From: Gammaproteobacteria bacterium
GTDB lineage: Bacteria; Pseudomonadota; Gammaproteobacteria; Eutrophobiales; Eutrophobiaceae
Assembly (NCBI GenBank): GCA_965243105.1
Contig: CBDEUC010000003.1
Coordinates: 769,217 to 833,216 of the forward strand
DNA length: 64,000 nucleotides
Direction: 5' to 3'
The notes under the pieces were generated by a model. It saw nothing but the letters and a program-made list of their open reading frames with translations. It was not told the origin of the DNA and ran no database searches. Shown here piece after piece: positions 55,413 through 63,059 of the stretch; positions within the stretch are counted from its first letter, which is position 1, and every line of letters begins with the position of its first letter. Both the position numbers and the translations under genes were made by a program.

Positions 55413-55557
55413 AAAAACTTAAATATAAATGAGAGATTTTTTCTTCAGGCAAGGCACGAGTCTTTCGACAAGCGGAGTGTACACGGCAGTACATGAGCAT
55501 TGGAGAAAGGCGAGAACGCAGCATGAAGGAAAAAGAGTCATTTAGATTAAGTTTTTT
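55413..55557. repeat. About 145-bp palindromic (MITE-like) element filling the dmpM-dmpN spacer
   Basis: Imperfect terminal IRs aaaaacttaa..taaatga..ttttttcttca / tgaaggaaaaa..tcattta..ttaagttttt around gtctttc/gaaaggc and a central tgtac-acggca-gtaca hairpin; single copy in the window. Confidence 0.55.
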
Positions 55558-55828
55558 AGAAATTCCAGTGTAAGACAAACTCATCCTCGTCCTCGTCAAT
55601 ATTTCCCGACAGGGAAATCAGGCTGAGATGAATATCCTGCAGGTTAAATTCCTGCCCCAGCTTCTCCTCTACGGTTTCACGCCTGATAACAAGACGCTTG
55701 GGACAGTCGATTTTCACCATGCCCGGTGTTTCATTGACGACGGCATTTTCATTGTCCTCGGCAATAGCCTCGATGATTGGCTGGGCCTCGGGGTTATTCT
55801 GAAGTGCGATAAATACATTCTCAGCCAT
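55556..55828 (-). CDS. dmpM: Phenol hydroxylase activator/regulatory subunit (P2, MmoB/DmpM family)
   Basis: 'NVFIALQ', 'IIEAIAEDN', 'PGMVKID', 'LISLSGNIDEDEDEF.L.W'; 90 aa. Confidence 0.95.
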   Translation of the reverse strand: MAENVFIALQNNPEAQPIIEAIAEDNENAVVNETPGMVKIDCPKRLVIRRETVEEKLGQEFNLQDIHLSLISLSGNIDEDEDEFVLHWNF

Positions 55829-55837
55829 GCTGTTCTC

Positions 55838-56836
55838 CTAGCCCTGTAAACCCAGTTTTTTTGAACGGGCATTGAGTTCATCTTCAATTTCCTGCATGAC
55901 CCCGTCAGACCTTTCTTTAAATACTTCATTCGCGATGAGCTTTGCCGCGACCACGATTTCCGGCTGCCACTTCTCGATCCACGACTGGATTAACTGCCGG
56001 TTTTCGTCAGATTCACTGGCCGCCGTCTTGATGGTAGCGTCGGTCCAGCGCTTTGATTCCGCATACCAGTCAACGAAAAACTCGGTAAGCATGGCAAATG
56101 CTGCGCCACCATTTGCGACGATGTGCCCTTCCACGTGCTGGAACAACAGGGGCTGAAAAATGCCGTCGAGCAGGTAGTTCTGGATGAGGTGAACTTCGAA
56201 CCAGTCCTTTTCCACAAAGCAGTCTTCGATGACCTTGCGTAAACCCTGCCACATGGGGTCATTCATCCAGCTTTCTTTTGCGGTATCAAGAATGGCCGGG
56301 TCATTCTCACTGAGGATAAGACCAATGCGGGTGAGGTATTGTGCGTTGCCCAGCCTGTCCATACCCTGCATGGTGGCAGCACTGACTATGGGTGTTTGAA
56401 ACCCGTATGAAGAAACAAAAAAATTGTTGGTGTTAGCACCCCACTCGGCATGGCGGAAGGGAACGATGACCTTTTCGATTGTCTCCTTGAGTTCATTATC
56501 CAGGCCGGTAAGCAAACCGCGCTTTTCTACCACGCTGAAATTCTTCTCCTGGGACTCCTGCTGCTTGGAACGCTGGATAACATAGGTGCCGTAGTAGTAT
56601 TGTCTCGGATCAACGAGGTCCTCAAAGTCCTCCATCTTGATCGCAGAGCGGCGTTCATCGAACAGTTGATGCTGAGGATCCCAGGTTGGCCTGTAGTGAA
56701 ATACATCCTCGGCCTGGTGGCCGAACATTACCTCCTGGTAGCGTGTTGGCTTTTTACCTTCACCCAGCTTTCTCTCGATGTGGTCAAAGGTTGTTCTCTT
56801 GGCTTCCAGGTTGGCTGTTTTAAGATCGATAGACAT
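55838..56836 (-). CDS. dmpL: Phenol hydroxylase beta subunit (P1)
   Basis: 'TRYQE', 'FHYRPTWDP', 'DPRQYYYGTY', 'PFRHAEWGAN', 'DRLGNAQYLTRIG', 'WQGLR', 'DWFE'. Confidence 0.95.
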   Translation of the reverse strand: MSIDLKTANLEAKRTTFDHIERKLGEGKKPTRYQEVMFGHQAEDVFHYRPTWDPQHQLFDERRSAIKMEDFEDLVDPRQYYYGTYVIQRSKQQESQEKNFSVVEKRGLLTGLDNELKETIEKVIVPFRHAEWGANTNNFFVSSYGFQTPIVSAATMQGMDRLGNAQYLTRIGLILSENDPAILDTAKESWMNDPMWQGLRKVIEDCFVEKDWFEVHLIQNYLLDGIFQPLLFQHVEGHIVANGGAAFAMLTEFFVDWYAESKRWTDATIKTAASESDENRQLIQSWIEKWQPEIVVAAKLIANEVFKERSDGVMQEIEDELNARSKKLGLQG

Positions 56837-56853
56837 GGTTTGTATCTCTCGGT

Positions 56854-57111
56854 TTAGGAATTGTCATGTACGAGGGAGATATCTGTCACCTCACCGCCGT
56901 ACCACTTGCTTTCTGCTTCGCTTACCTGCTTCACCTGTTCCTCGGTGAGGAAGGTCACGTCGTTGTAACGACAAAAATCTTCAAAGGCCTGTTCCGGCAG
57001 GATCATTTCCAGGAAAAGAGTCGGGTCGTTGATGGAAAAGTTGAACTCGACGAAACCTTCGCGTTCGCGATCGGTGACGTGCACATATTTCTTCAGCGGC
57101 GTGTCGCTCAC
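56854..57111 (-). CDS. dmpK: Phenol hydroxylase assembly protein (P0)
   Basis: 'KYVHVT....GFVEFNFSINDPTLFLEMILPEQAFEDFC..N.V'; GTG start, first gene of the operon. Confidence 0.92.
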   Translation of the reverse strand: MSDTPLKKYVHVTDREREGFVEFNFSINDPTLFLEMILPEQAFEDFCRYNDVTFLTEEQVKQVSEAESKWYGGEVTDISLVHDNS

Positions 57112-57164
57112 TTTTTCCCCCGGTTGAATTGTTGTCGTATTGCCTTATGGCTGCACTAATCTAT

Positions 57165-57180
57165 CGCACGCTCCGTGCCA
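57165..57180 (-). promoter_or_regulatory. Sigma54 (-24/-12) promoter of the phenol hydroxylase operon
   Basis: Minus strand TGGCAC-GGAGC-GTGCG (consensus TGGCAC-N5-TTGC), about 54 nt upstream of dmpK. Confidence 0.85.
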
Positions 57181-57244
57181 TAATCGTCAAGTTACTGAAT
57201 TGCAAAGAATTTGGATATAAGCCAGGGTCAGCAATCATGAATAT

Positions 57245-57293
57245 TTAACCATATGATGAAATATTCCTGATTAAATAGTTACCAAATGATCAA
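57245..57293. promoter_or_regulatory. Two XylR/DmpR-type upstream activating sequences
   Basis: 16-bp imperfect palindromes, minus strand TTCATCATATGGTTAA (57245-57260) and TTGATCATTTGGTAAC (57278-57293), upstream of the sigma54 site; they resemble the TTGATCA..TGATCAA consensus. Confidence 0.72.
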
Positions 57294-58030
57294 TTACTTC
57301 TTGAAAGTTCTATCAACGCCTCGCCAAGCTCCTTTGGGCAGCAGTAAAAGGGGGAATGATCGGCGGCCAGGGTGACACTGCCATCGACCCTGCCATTTGA
57401 CATCTGTCGCTGCTGCATCGACGGAGTAATAGCCGCATCCTCGCTACACTCGATGTAGGTCCGCCGCACCCTTCCATAATTTTCTTCAGTGAGTTCAAGC
57501 GGTGTCGCGTTGGGGGCTATGGCCTGGGGCTTGAGGCGAGCGATAGCATTAGCCACATCCTCGTCACTACATAAACCATAAAAACATTCGCGCAGCTTGT
57601 CTTCGGGTACCGAGATGATGCCTTCATCCTCGTGCACTTCCAGGTAACGCGCGGTGAGCGAACCTTCGTCGGCCTGCGCATACTGCAGCAGGTTCTCGCC
57701 ATTGCGGGGTGAAAAGGCGGTGAGATATACCAGCGTATTGATCCTGTCTGAAACCTTTTCAGCAACCTGGGTCACAACCATGCCGCCCATGCTGTGCCCC
57801 ACCAGTATCACGGGCTCGCCGATGTTGTTGATGACACCAACAACTTTATCCACGTAGCCATCAAGGGAGACTTCATGAACCGGGGTGGGGTCCTCGCCCA
57901 GGCCCGGCAGGTCAAGTGTATGCGCTTCGTGTCCGTGGCTTTCAAGTACCGGCACCACTTTCTCCCAGCACCAGGCCCCGTGCCAGGCGCCGTGTACCAG
58001 GACAAACTGTAACTTGCTTGTATCGTTCAT
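57290..58030 (-). CDS. Alpha/beta hydrolase, methylesterase (SABP2/MES-like) family
   Basis: 'FVLVHGAWHGAWCW', 'DLPG', nucleophile 'GHSMGG', 'YIECSEDAAI', 'DHSPF'; begins 9 nt after the dmpR stop. Confidence 0.88.
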   Translation of the reverse strand: MNDTSKLQFVLVHGAWHGAWCWEKVVPVLESHGHEAHTLDLPGLGEDPTPVHEVSLDGYVDKVVGVINNIGEPVILVGHSMGGMVVTQVAEKVSDRINTLVYLTAFSPRNGENLLQYAQADEGSLTARYLEVHEDEGIISVPEDKLRECFYGLCSDEDVANAIARLKPQAIAPNATPLELTEENYGRVRRTYIECSEDAAITPSMQQRQMSNGRVDGSVTLAADHSPFYCCPKELGEALIELSRSN

Positions 58031-58039
58031 TTGTTTTCC

Positions 58040-59710
58040 TCACTCGTTGAAAGTACTGGCGTGTTTTTTCAGTCGATACGCCAGCTGGGGTCGTGTCATG
58101 CCAAGCATGCGCGCGGCAGAACTGATATTACCCTTACTTCTTGCCACCGCTTCGTCCAGCAGGCGAGCCTCCAGTTTATCCAGGGGAATCTTGTGCCTGA
58201 GCGCGTGGTCAATCAGGCTGGCCAGTCGTGAATCCCGGCGCCCGCCATCCTCCTGGTTATGATCGCTGGGAATCGATAGCAGGCTTCCCGGTTCTATCAG
58301 GCTGGCGCTGTTGGTGAGAATAACACCTCGCTCAATAATATTTTCAAGCTCCCTGATATTCCCAGGCCACTGGTAATCCAGCAGTGCATTCATGGCTTCT
58401 TCGGAACAGCCGGCAATCTTCTTGTTGTGCTGCAGGCTATATCTCTCGATAAACCTGTCCACCAGCAGCGGAATGTCGTCGAGGCGTTCCCTGAGAGGCG
58501 GAATAATCACCGGGTAGGTGTTTAGGCGATAGAAAAGATCGCTGCGAAATTTCCCTTCAGACACGGCCTGCCACAGGTCAATGTTGGTGGCAACAATTAG
58601 CCTCACATCCACTTTTCGCGTGGACGTATCGCCGATGCGTTCCAGTTCGCCTTCCTGGATCACACGTAGTAGCTTTACCTGTGCCCCGGCGGACAGCTCT
58701 CCCACTTCATCGAGAAAAAGTGTACCTCCATGGGCTCTTTCAAAACGTCCCGGTCGTGATCGACTGGCACCGGTAAAGGCTCCTTTTTCAACACCAAACA
58801 GTTCGGATTCAATCAGGTCTTCCGGAATGGCGGCGCAGTTCAGTGTCACGAATGGGCCCTTGCTGCGATTACTGTTGCTGTGAATTCGACGACTGAATAG
58901 CTCCTTCCCCACGCCGGTCTCGCCCAGCAACATCACCGTAACCTGGCTCGGCGCGGCCTTGTCCACCAGGTCCTTGACGTTTTCAATACTGCGCGATGAA
59001 CCGACGATATCCAGTTCAGTATCATCGTCCCGCTTGAGCGAGGCTCGAAGGTTATCTACCTGTTCCTGTAATTCCAGCAGGCGGTCAGCGAGACTGTCGG
59101 GTTTGAGGAATGCCAGGTCTGCGCTTTCATCTTCGCTCAGCTCGCTTTCCATCTTGCCAACAATCCGGCAGCTGGAATCGCCCTTCGCCACGCAGTCCAC
59201 TTCACGAAACAGCACCGTGGAACCGAAAAGCGCGGTGGTATAGCCGGTGGCATAGCCCACCTGCATCCAGCACACCGCTTCGCTATCAACACCGAATGCT
59301 TCGCGGTGAACTTCCGCCTCGTAGGAATTTTCCCAGATAAACTCGCCGCTACAGACATGTTCAGCGACGTCCATTTCAAAACGCACCGGGGTCACCTTGA
59401 CGATGCCCTCGATGTTATGAAGCTGTGGGCCCAGTTCAAACAGCTCGCGATCGCTTTCCTCGGGATACATGGAACGGATGAAGCGTGCGTCGCGCACGCC
59501 GGAGGCGTAGCCCATCCGGGTGAGCACGCCACGGGCCCGCTGGCGTCCCATGGATTCGATCAGCTCCTGGCGCAGTGAACTCATGGCAGCGGTATGCACC
59601 ATGATCATTCTCTGGCTATCGAGCCAGATTTGCCCACTCTCAGGGGAGAACTTGAGCCTCGACTGGATTTCCTGGCGGTGGCCCGTGTCGTTGTGGATTA
59701 CATTTGCCAT
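58040..59710 (-). CDS. dmpR: Sigma54-dependent phenol-responsive activator (XylR/DmpR family)
   Basis: XylR_N/V4R sensor 'GQIWL...RM', 'GPQLHNIEG', 'CWMQVGYATGY', 'EVDC...C'; AAA+ 'GETGVGKE', 'ESELFGVEKGAFTGA', 'LFLDEVGE', 'WPGNIRELEN'; HTH 'AARMLGMTRPQLAYRL'. Confidence 0.95.
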   Translation of the reverse strand: MANVIHNDTGHRQEIQSRLKFSPESGQIWLDSQRMIMVHTAAMSSLRQELIESMGRQRARGVLTRMGYASGVRDARFIRSMYPEESDRELFELGPQLHNIEGIVKVTPVRFEMDVAEHVCSGEFIWENSYEAEVHREAFGVDSEAVCWMQVGYATGYTTALFGSTVLFREVDCVAKGDSSCRIVGKMESELSEDESADLAFLKPDSLADRLLELQEQVDNLRASLKRDDDTELDIVGSSRSIENVKDLVDKAAPSQVTVMLLGETGVGKELFSRRIHSNSNRSKGPFVTLNCAAIPEDLIESELFGVEKGAFTGASRSRPGRFERAHGGTLFLDEVGELSAGAQVKLLRVIQEGELERIGDTSTRKVDVRLIVATNIDLWQAVSEGKFRSDLFYRLNTYPVIIPPLRERLDDIPLLVDRFIERYSLQHNKKIAGCSEEAMNALLDYQWPGNIRELENIIERGVILTNSASLIEPGSLLSIPSDHNQEDGGRRDSRLASLIDHALRHKIPLDKLEARLLDEAVARSKGNISSAARMLGMTRPQLAYRLKKHASTFNE

Positions 59711-59770
59711 GGCTTGGGATATTTCCGATGCAGCAATAATGAACAGGATTATGCCTGTTTCTCGGCAAAT

Positions 59771-59786
59771 TTCACCATATGATCAA
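59771..59786. promoter_or_regulatory. Third XylR/DmpR-type site in the dmpR/dmpD divergent promoter
   Basis: TTCACCATATGATCAA, close match to the two sites upstream of dmpK. Confidence 0.6.
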
Positions 59787-59817
59787 ATTTTTACTTATAT
59801 GGCTCGACATCGCAAAG

Positions 59818-59833
59818 AAAATATCGATATTTT
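59818..59833. promoter_or_regulatory. Palindromic operator, copy 3 (putative GntR/FCD site)
   Basis: AAAATATCGATATTTT between the divergent dmpR and dmpD genes. Confidence 0.8.
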
Positions 59834-59896
59834 TCCATCAATGGCTATTATTCCGCTGCTTGAGTAATAACTTCCACAAAGCAGGGGACATTAGTA

Positions 59897-60727
59897 ATGA
59901 GTACATCACCGGAGATTGGCCTGTCCATCAAGGCGGCCGGCATTGACACCAATTACCACGAGCAGGGGGACGGCCAGCCGCTGGTGTTGTTCCATGGCTC
60001 GGGCCCGGGTGTATCGGCTTTTGCCAACTGGCGTCTAGTGAAACCTGCGCTGTCCGAATCGTTCAGGGTCATCGCCCCGGACATGGTGGGCTTTGGTTAC
60101 ACGGAAAAGCCCGAGGGGCAGAACTACAACATGAAAGCCTGGCTCGATCATGCCCTGGGTATTTTCGACGCTTTGAATATCGAAAAGGCCCACGTCATTG
60201 GTAACTCCTTTGGTGGTGCGCTTTCCCTGGCCCTTGCCATCCACGCACCTGAGCGCGTGCAGCGACTGGTGCTAATGGGAAGTGTTGGTCTTGATTTTGA
60301 ATTGACCGAGGGCCTGGACAAGACATGGGGCTATACGCCATCCATTGAGAACATGAAGGAGCTGCTGGACATCTTTGCCTACGACCGCTCCCTCGTCACC
60401 GATGAACTGGCGGAGTTGCGCTACCAGGCCAGCATGCGTGAAGGTGTGCAGGAAGCTTACGCTTCCATGTTTCCGGCACCACGCCAGGATGGCATTCGCG
60501 GTATGGCGAGTTCAGAAGAAGACATCGCACGTATCGAACATGAAACCCTGATTATCCATGGCCTTGAAGATGAGGTGATCCCCGTTTCCTGCTCTGAACG
60601 CCTGTTAAGACTCATACCAAATTCGCAGTTACATGTTTTCAGGAAGTGCGGTCACTGGACGCAAATAGAACACAATGCACGATTCATTCAGCTGGCAGAA
60701 AATTTCCTTAAAGAAGATGACGATTAG
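59897..60727 (+). CDS. dmpD: 2-hydroxymuconic semialdehyde hydrolase (meta-cleavage product hydrolase)
   Basis: 'PEIG.SI.AAGI.TNYH', 'HGSGPGVSAFANWR', 'GNSFGG', 'WGYTPSIENM', 'MFPAPRQ', 'CGHWTQIEH'. Confidence 0.93.
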   Translation: MSTSPEIGLSIKAAGIDTNYHEQGDGQPLVLFHGSGPGVSAFANWRLVKPALSESFRVIAPDMVGFGYTEKPEGQNYNMKAWLDHALGIFDALNIEKAHVIGNSFGGALSLALAIHAPERVQRLVLMGSVGLDFELTEGLDKTWGYTPSIENMKELLDIFAYDRSLVTDELAELRYQASMREGVQEAYASMFPAPRQDGIRGMASSEEDIARIEHETLIIHGLEDEVIPVSCSERLLRLIPNSQLHVFRKCGHWTQIEHNARFIQLAENFLKEDDD

Positions 60728-60760
60728 TCGTGTTTCACCGTCATTCCCGCAATAACGATT

Positions 60761-60807
60761 GTAGGGTCGAATTTATTCGACCTCTGGCGGAATGAATTCC
60801 GCCCTAC
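60761..60807. repeat. GTAG-family REP doublet (REPIN-like)
   Basis: GTAGGGTCGAATTTATTCGACC (60761-60782) and reverse GTAGGGCGGAATTCATTCCGCC (60786-60807). Confidence 0.85.
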
Positions 60808-60831
60808 CCCTACGTTGGAAGCTTCGGGCTG

Positions 60832-62121
60832 ATGGATAAGTCAAAATTAGCCGGTATCGCCATTTTACTGATGATACTGTTTTCCATCGCCTCAGCAGTG
60901 ACGCCACTCGTTTCACCGCTGGTTTCTGCGGGCTTTGCCTGGCTTGCTTTTGTCCTCCTGCTAAGGCAATTACCCCGGGCCATGATGGTGCAGGTATCAG
61001 CCATGGTCAGCGTGGGTTTACTCACCCTCGCGGTCAGCAAGACGTCGATTGACAGCTCACTCATTACACGCCTGTTTTCTGCAAACCACAGCCTGCTTAC
61101 CGTTATTGCGGCAGTGGGTTTCCTGCGCCTGGTCACGCAACCGGCAAAAGTCGCTGGTGAACAGTTACCCGTCGGCAGGATGGCTGTAACCAGGACGATC
61201 TGGGGACTGCACCTGTTTAGCTCGGTAATCACCCTGTCGGCGATGATGATATTTGGAAGCCGTATTGAAAAAGAGGCAGCGCTAAGCCGAATCCACGCTG
61301 TCGCCTTTTCAAGGACCTTTGCCTGTGGTTGTTTCTGGTCGCCGTTTTATGTATCCATTGCCACTGCCCTGCTCTACGCGCCGGGTTCCGAATTGCTGAC
61401 ACTGGCGCTGGCCGGTTTACCCGTTGCACTGTTTGGCCTTGCCTTCACCAGCTGGGAGGTCAGCAGGGACAGGGAAATTGAAAACACCCCGGGATACCCG
61501 GTACATATTGACGCCCTCTACGTACCACTTGCACTGTCGATACTGATGATTGGCACTCACCTGGTGTTTCCCGGCTTCCCGGTACTCACTCTGATTTCGA
61601 TCATATCCCTCGGCCTGACAGTTGCGCTGCTGCTAGTAAAGGAAAAGAAAGCAAGCGTGGGCATGCTGGGGGAATACATCGTTACTGAATTACCTCGAAT
61701 GAATCGCGAACTCAGTCTTTTTCTCGGGGCCGGCATTATGTCTACCGGTCTCATGGTTTTTCTCGGTAGTAACTACGTGTCCCTTGAGTTACCTGTTTTC
61801 ACTCCTGCCGTTGGAGCCGTTTTCATTATCATCGCTATTTCATTTTCCCTAATCGGCGTGCATCCGATTATTACCATCTCCGCGATTGGTAGCCTGGTGG
61901 CAGCCAGTGATTACTCACCCAACCTGCTCGGACTTTGCATGATGATGATGTGGGGCCTGGCCATCGTTGTGTCACCACTGTCCGGCATAAACCTGGCCAT
62001 ACAGGGGCGATTCGGATTTTCCGGTATGGCAATGATGCGCTGGAATAGCGGCTATACCACTGGCATGCTGGTTTTTTGTACAGCGCTGCTTTACTTCTAT
62101 TCCCTGTCAGGTCTCTTATGA
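60832..62121 (+). CDS. Multi-pass membrane protein, probable transporter of unknown family
   Basis: 429 aa, about 12 hydrophobic segments; 'FWSPFY', 'GVHPII', 'SPLSG'. Confidence 0.6.
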   Translation: MDKSKLAGIAILLMILFSIASAVTPLVSPLVSAGFAWLAFVLLLRQLPRAMMVQVSAMVSVGLLTLAVSKTSIDSSLITRLFSANHSLLTVIAAVGFLRLVTQPAKVAGEQLPVGRMAVTRTIWGLHLFSSVITLSAMMIFGSRIEKEAALSRIHAVAFSRTFACGCFWSPFYVSIATALLYAPGSELLTLALAGLPVALFGLAFTSWEVSRDREIENTPGYPVHIDALYVPLALSILMIGTHLVFPGFPVLTLISIISLGLTVALLLVKEKKASVGMLGEYIVTELPRMNRELSLFLGAGIMSTGLMVFLGSNYVSLELPVFTPAVGAVFIIIAISFSLIGVHPIITISAIGSLVAASDYSPNLLGLCMMMMWGLAIVVSPLSGINLAIQGRFGFSGMAMMRWNSGYTTGMLVFCTALLYFYSLSGLL

Positions 62122-62985
62122 ACTCGGCATCAGTCCGATATCAAATTCCATGTGACTGAAGGTCTCCGGTAAATCAAACTCGCTTGCGAGCTCAGCGTCG
62201 CTTGATGCCTTAAAGTCACCAATCAGCGAACTCTTGGTGGCAAATACTGCATCGGTGTCGAGGTATTCATCACCGGCTGCAAAGATGTGCGTAGTAAGTG
62301 TTTCATAACCGTCCGCTGATACGATCATGTGTACGTGCGCAGGTCTCATGGCATGACGACCGCTGGCATTCAGTAATCTTCCCACCGTTGCATCGGTGGG
62401 GACGGAATACGGCAGGGGTTTTTCAGTGACAAATGCATAGCTGCCATCTTCCCTGCTGCGGAATTTTCCGCGCATGTTGTACTCGGGCATGTCAGGATCC
62501 TGAACATCATACTTGCCGTTGCCGGCAGTCTGCCAGACATCCAGCAAGGCACCTGCAACGGGATTGCCGTCCTTGTCCGTCACTTTTCCTGTCACCAGGC
62601 TGACTTCACCTGCATAGGCCTGCTTTATAATGCTTTCGCCGTATTCTTTCTCTTCCGAGCCTGCCACGTAAAACGGCCCCAGTACCGTTGACTCGGTACC
62701 CGCACCACCTTTTGGATGATTGATAGCGTCGACCAGCATGGAAACCCCAAGCACATCCGAGAGAAGAATAAATTCCTGGCGCTTGTCGTCACAAATTTTG
62801 CCCGTGTCAGTTAAATACATGATGGCTTCAAACCATTCCTTTTCAGTGAGCTCTACGTCCTTGACGAAGTCATGCAGGTGAGTAATCAGTGAGAGAATGA
62901 TCTGCTTGAATCTTGGATCCTGTGTCTTGGAGCCGTACTCTTCCAGTACGATGTCCGTCAGGTTATCAATGGTAAAGTCCCGCAT
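62116..62985 (-). CDS. Intradiol ring-cleavage dioxygenase, hydroxyquinol 1,2-dioxygenase family
   Basis: 'HLHDFVKDVELTEKEW', 'KRQEFILLSDVLGVSMLVD', 'TVLGPFY', 'GKYDVQ', 'PYSVP', 'MRPAHVH', 'DAVFATK'. Confidence 0.9.
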   Translation of the reverse strand: MRDFTIDNLTDIVLEEYGSKTQDPRFKQIILSLITHLHDFVKDVELTEKEWFEAIMYLTDTGKICDDKRQEFILLSDVLGVSMLVDAINHPKGGAGTESTVLGPFYVAGSEEKEYGESIIKQAYAGEVSLVTGKVTDKDGNPVAGALLDVWQTAGNGKYDVQDPDMPEYNMRGKFRSREDGSYAFVTEKPLPYSVPTDATVGRLLNASGRHAMRPAHVHMIVSADGYETLTTHIFAAGDEYLDTDAVFATKSSLIGDFKASSDAELASEFDLPETFSHMEFDIGLMPSS

Positions 62986-63059
62986 GTTATTTAGCCCCTG
63001 TTTTGTCAGTTAAGTTTTGAAAAATATTTTGTGCCATTAAAGACATCGGTCGATGCTGT

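Noticed and set aside
60739-60750. CGTCATTCCCGC, start of a CGTC-family REP
   Set aside because: Only a 12-nt half; the complementary arm is missing, so it is too short to support a call.
45780-60807. CRISPR array, riboswitch or tRNA interpretation of the intergenic repeats
   Set aside because: Repeats are dispersed, not regularly spaced with unique spacers; no cas genes; no recognisable cobalamin riboswitch or cloverleaf motifs.
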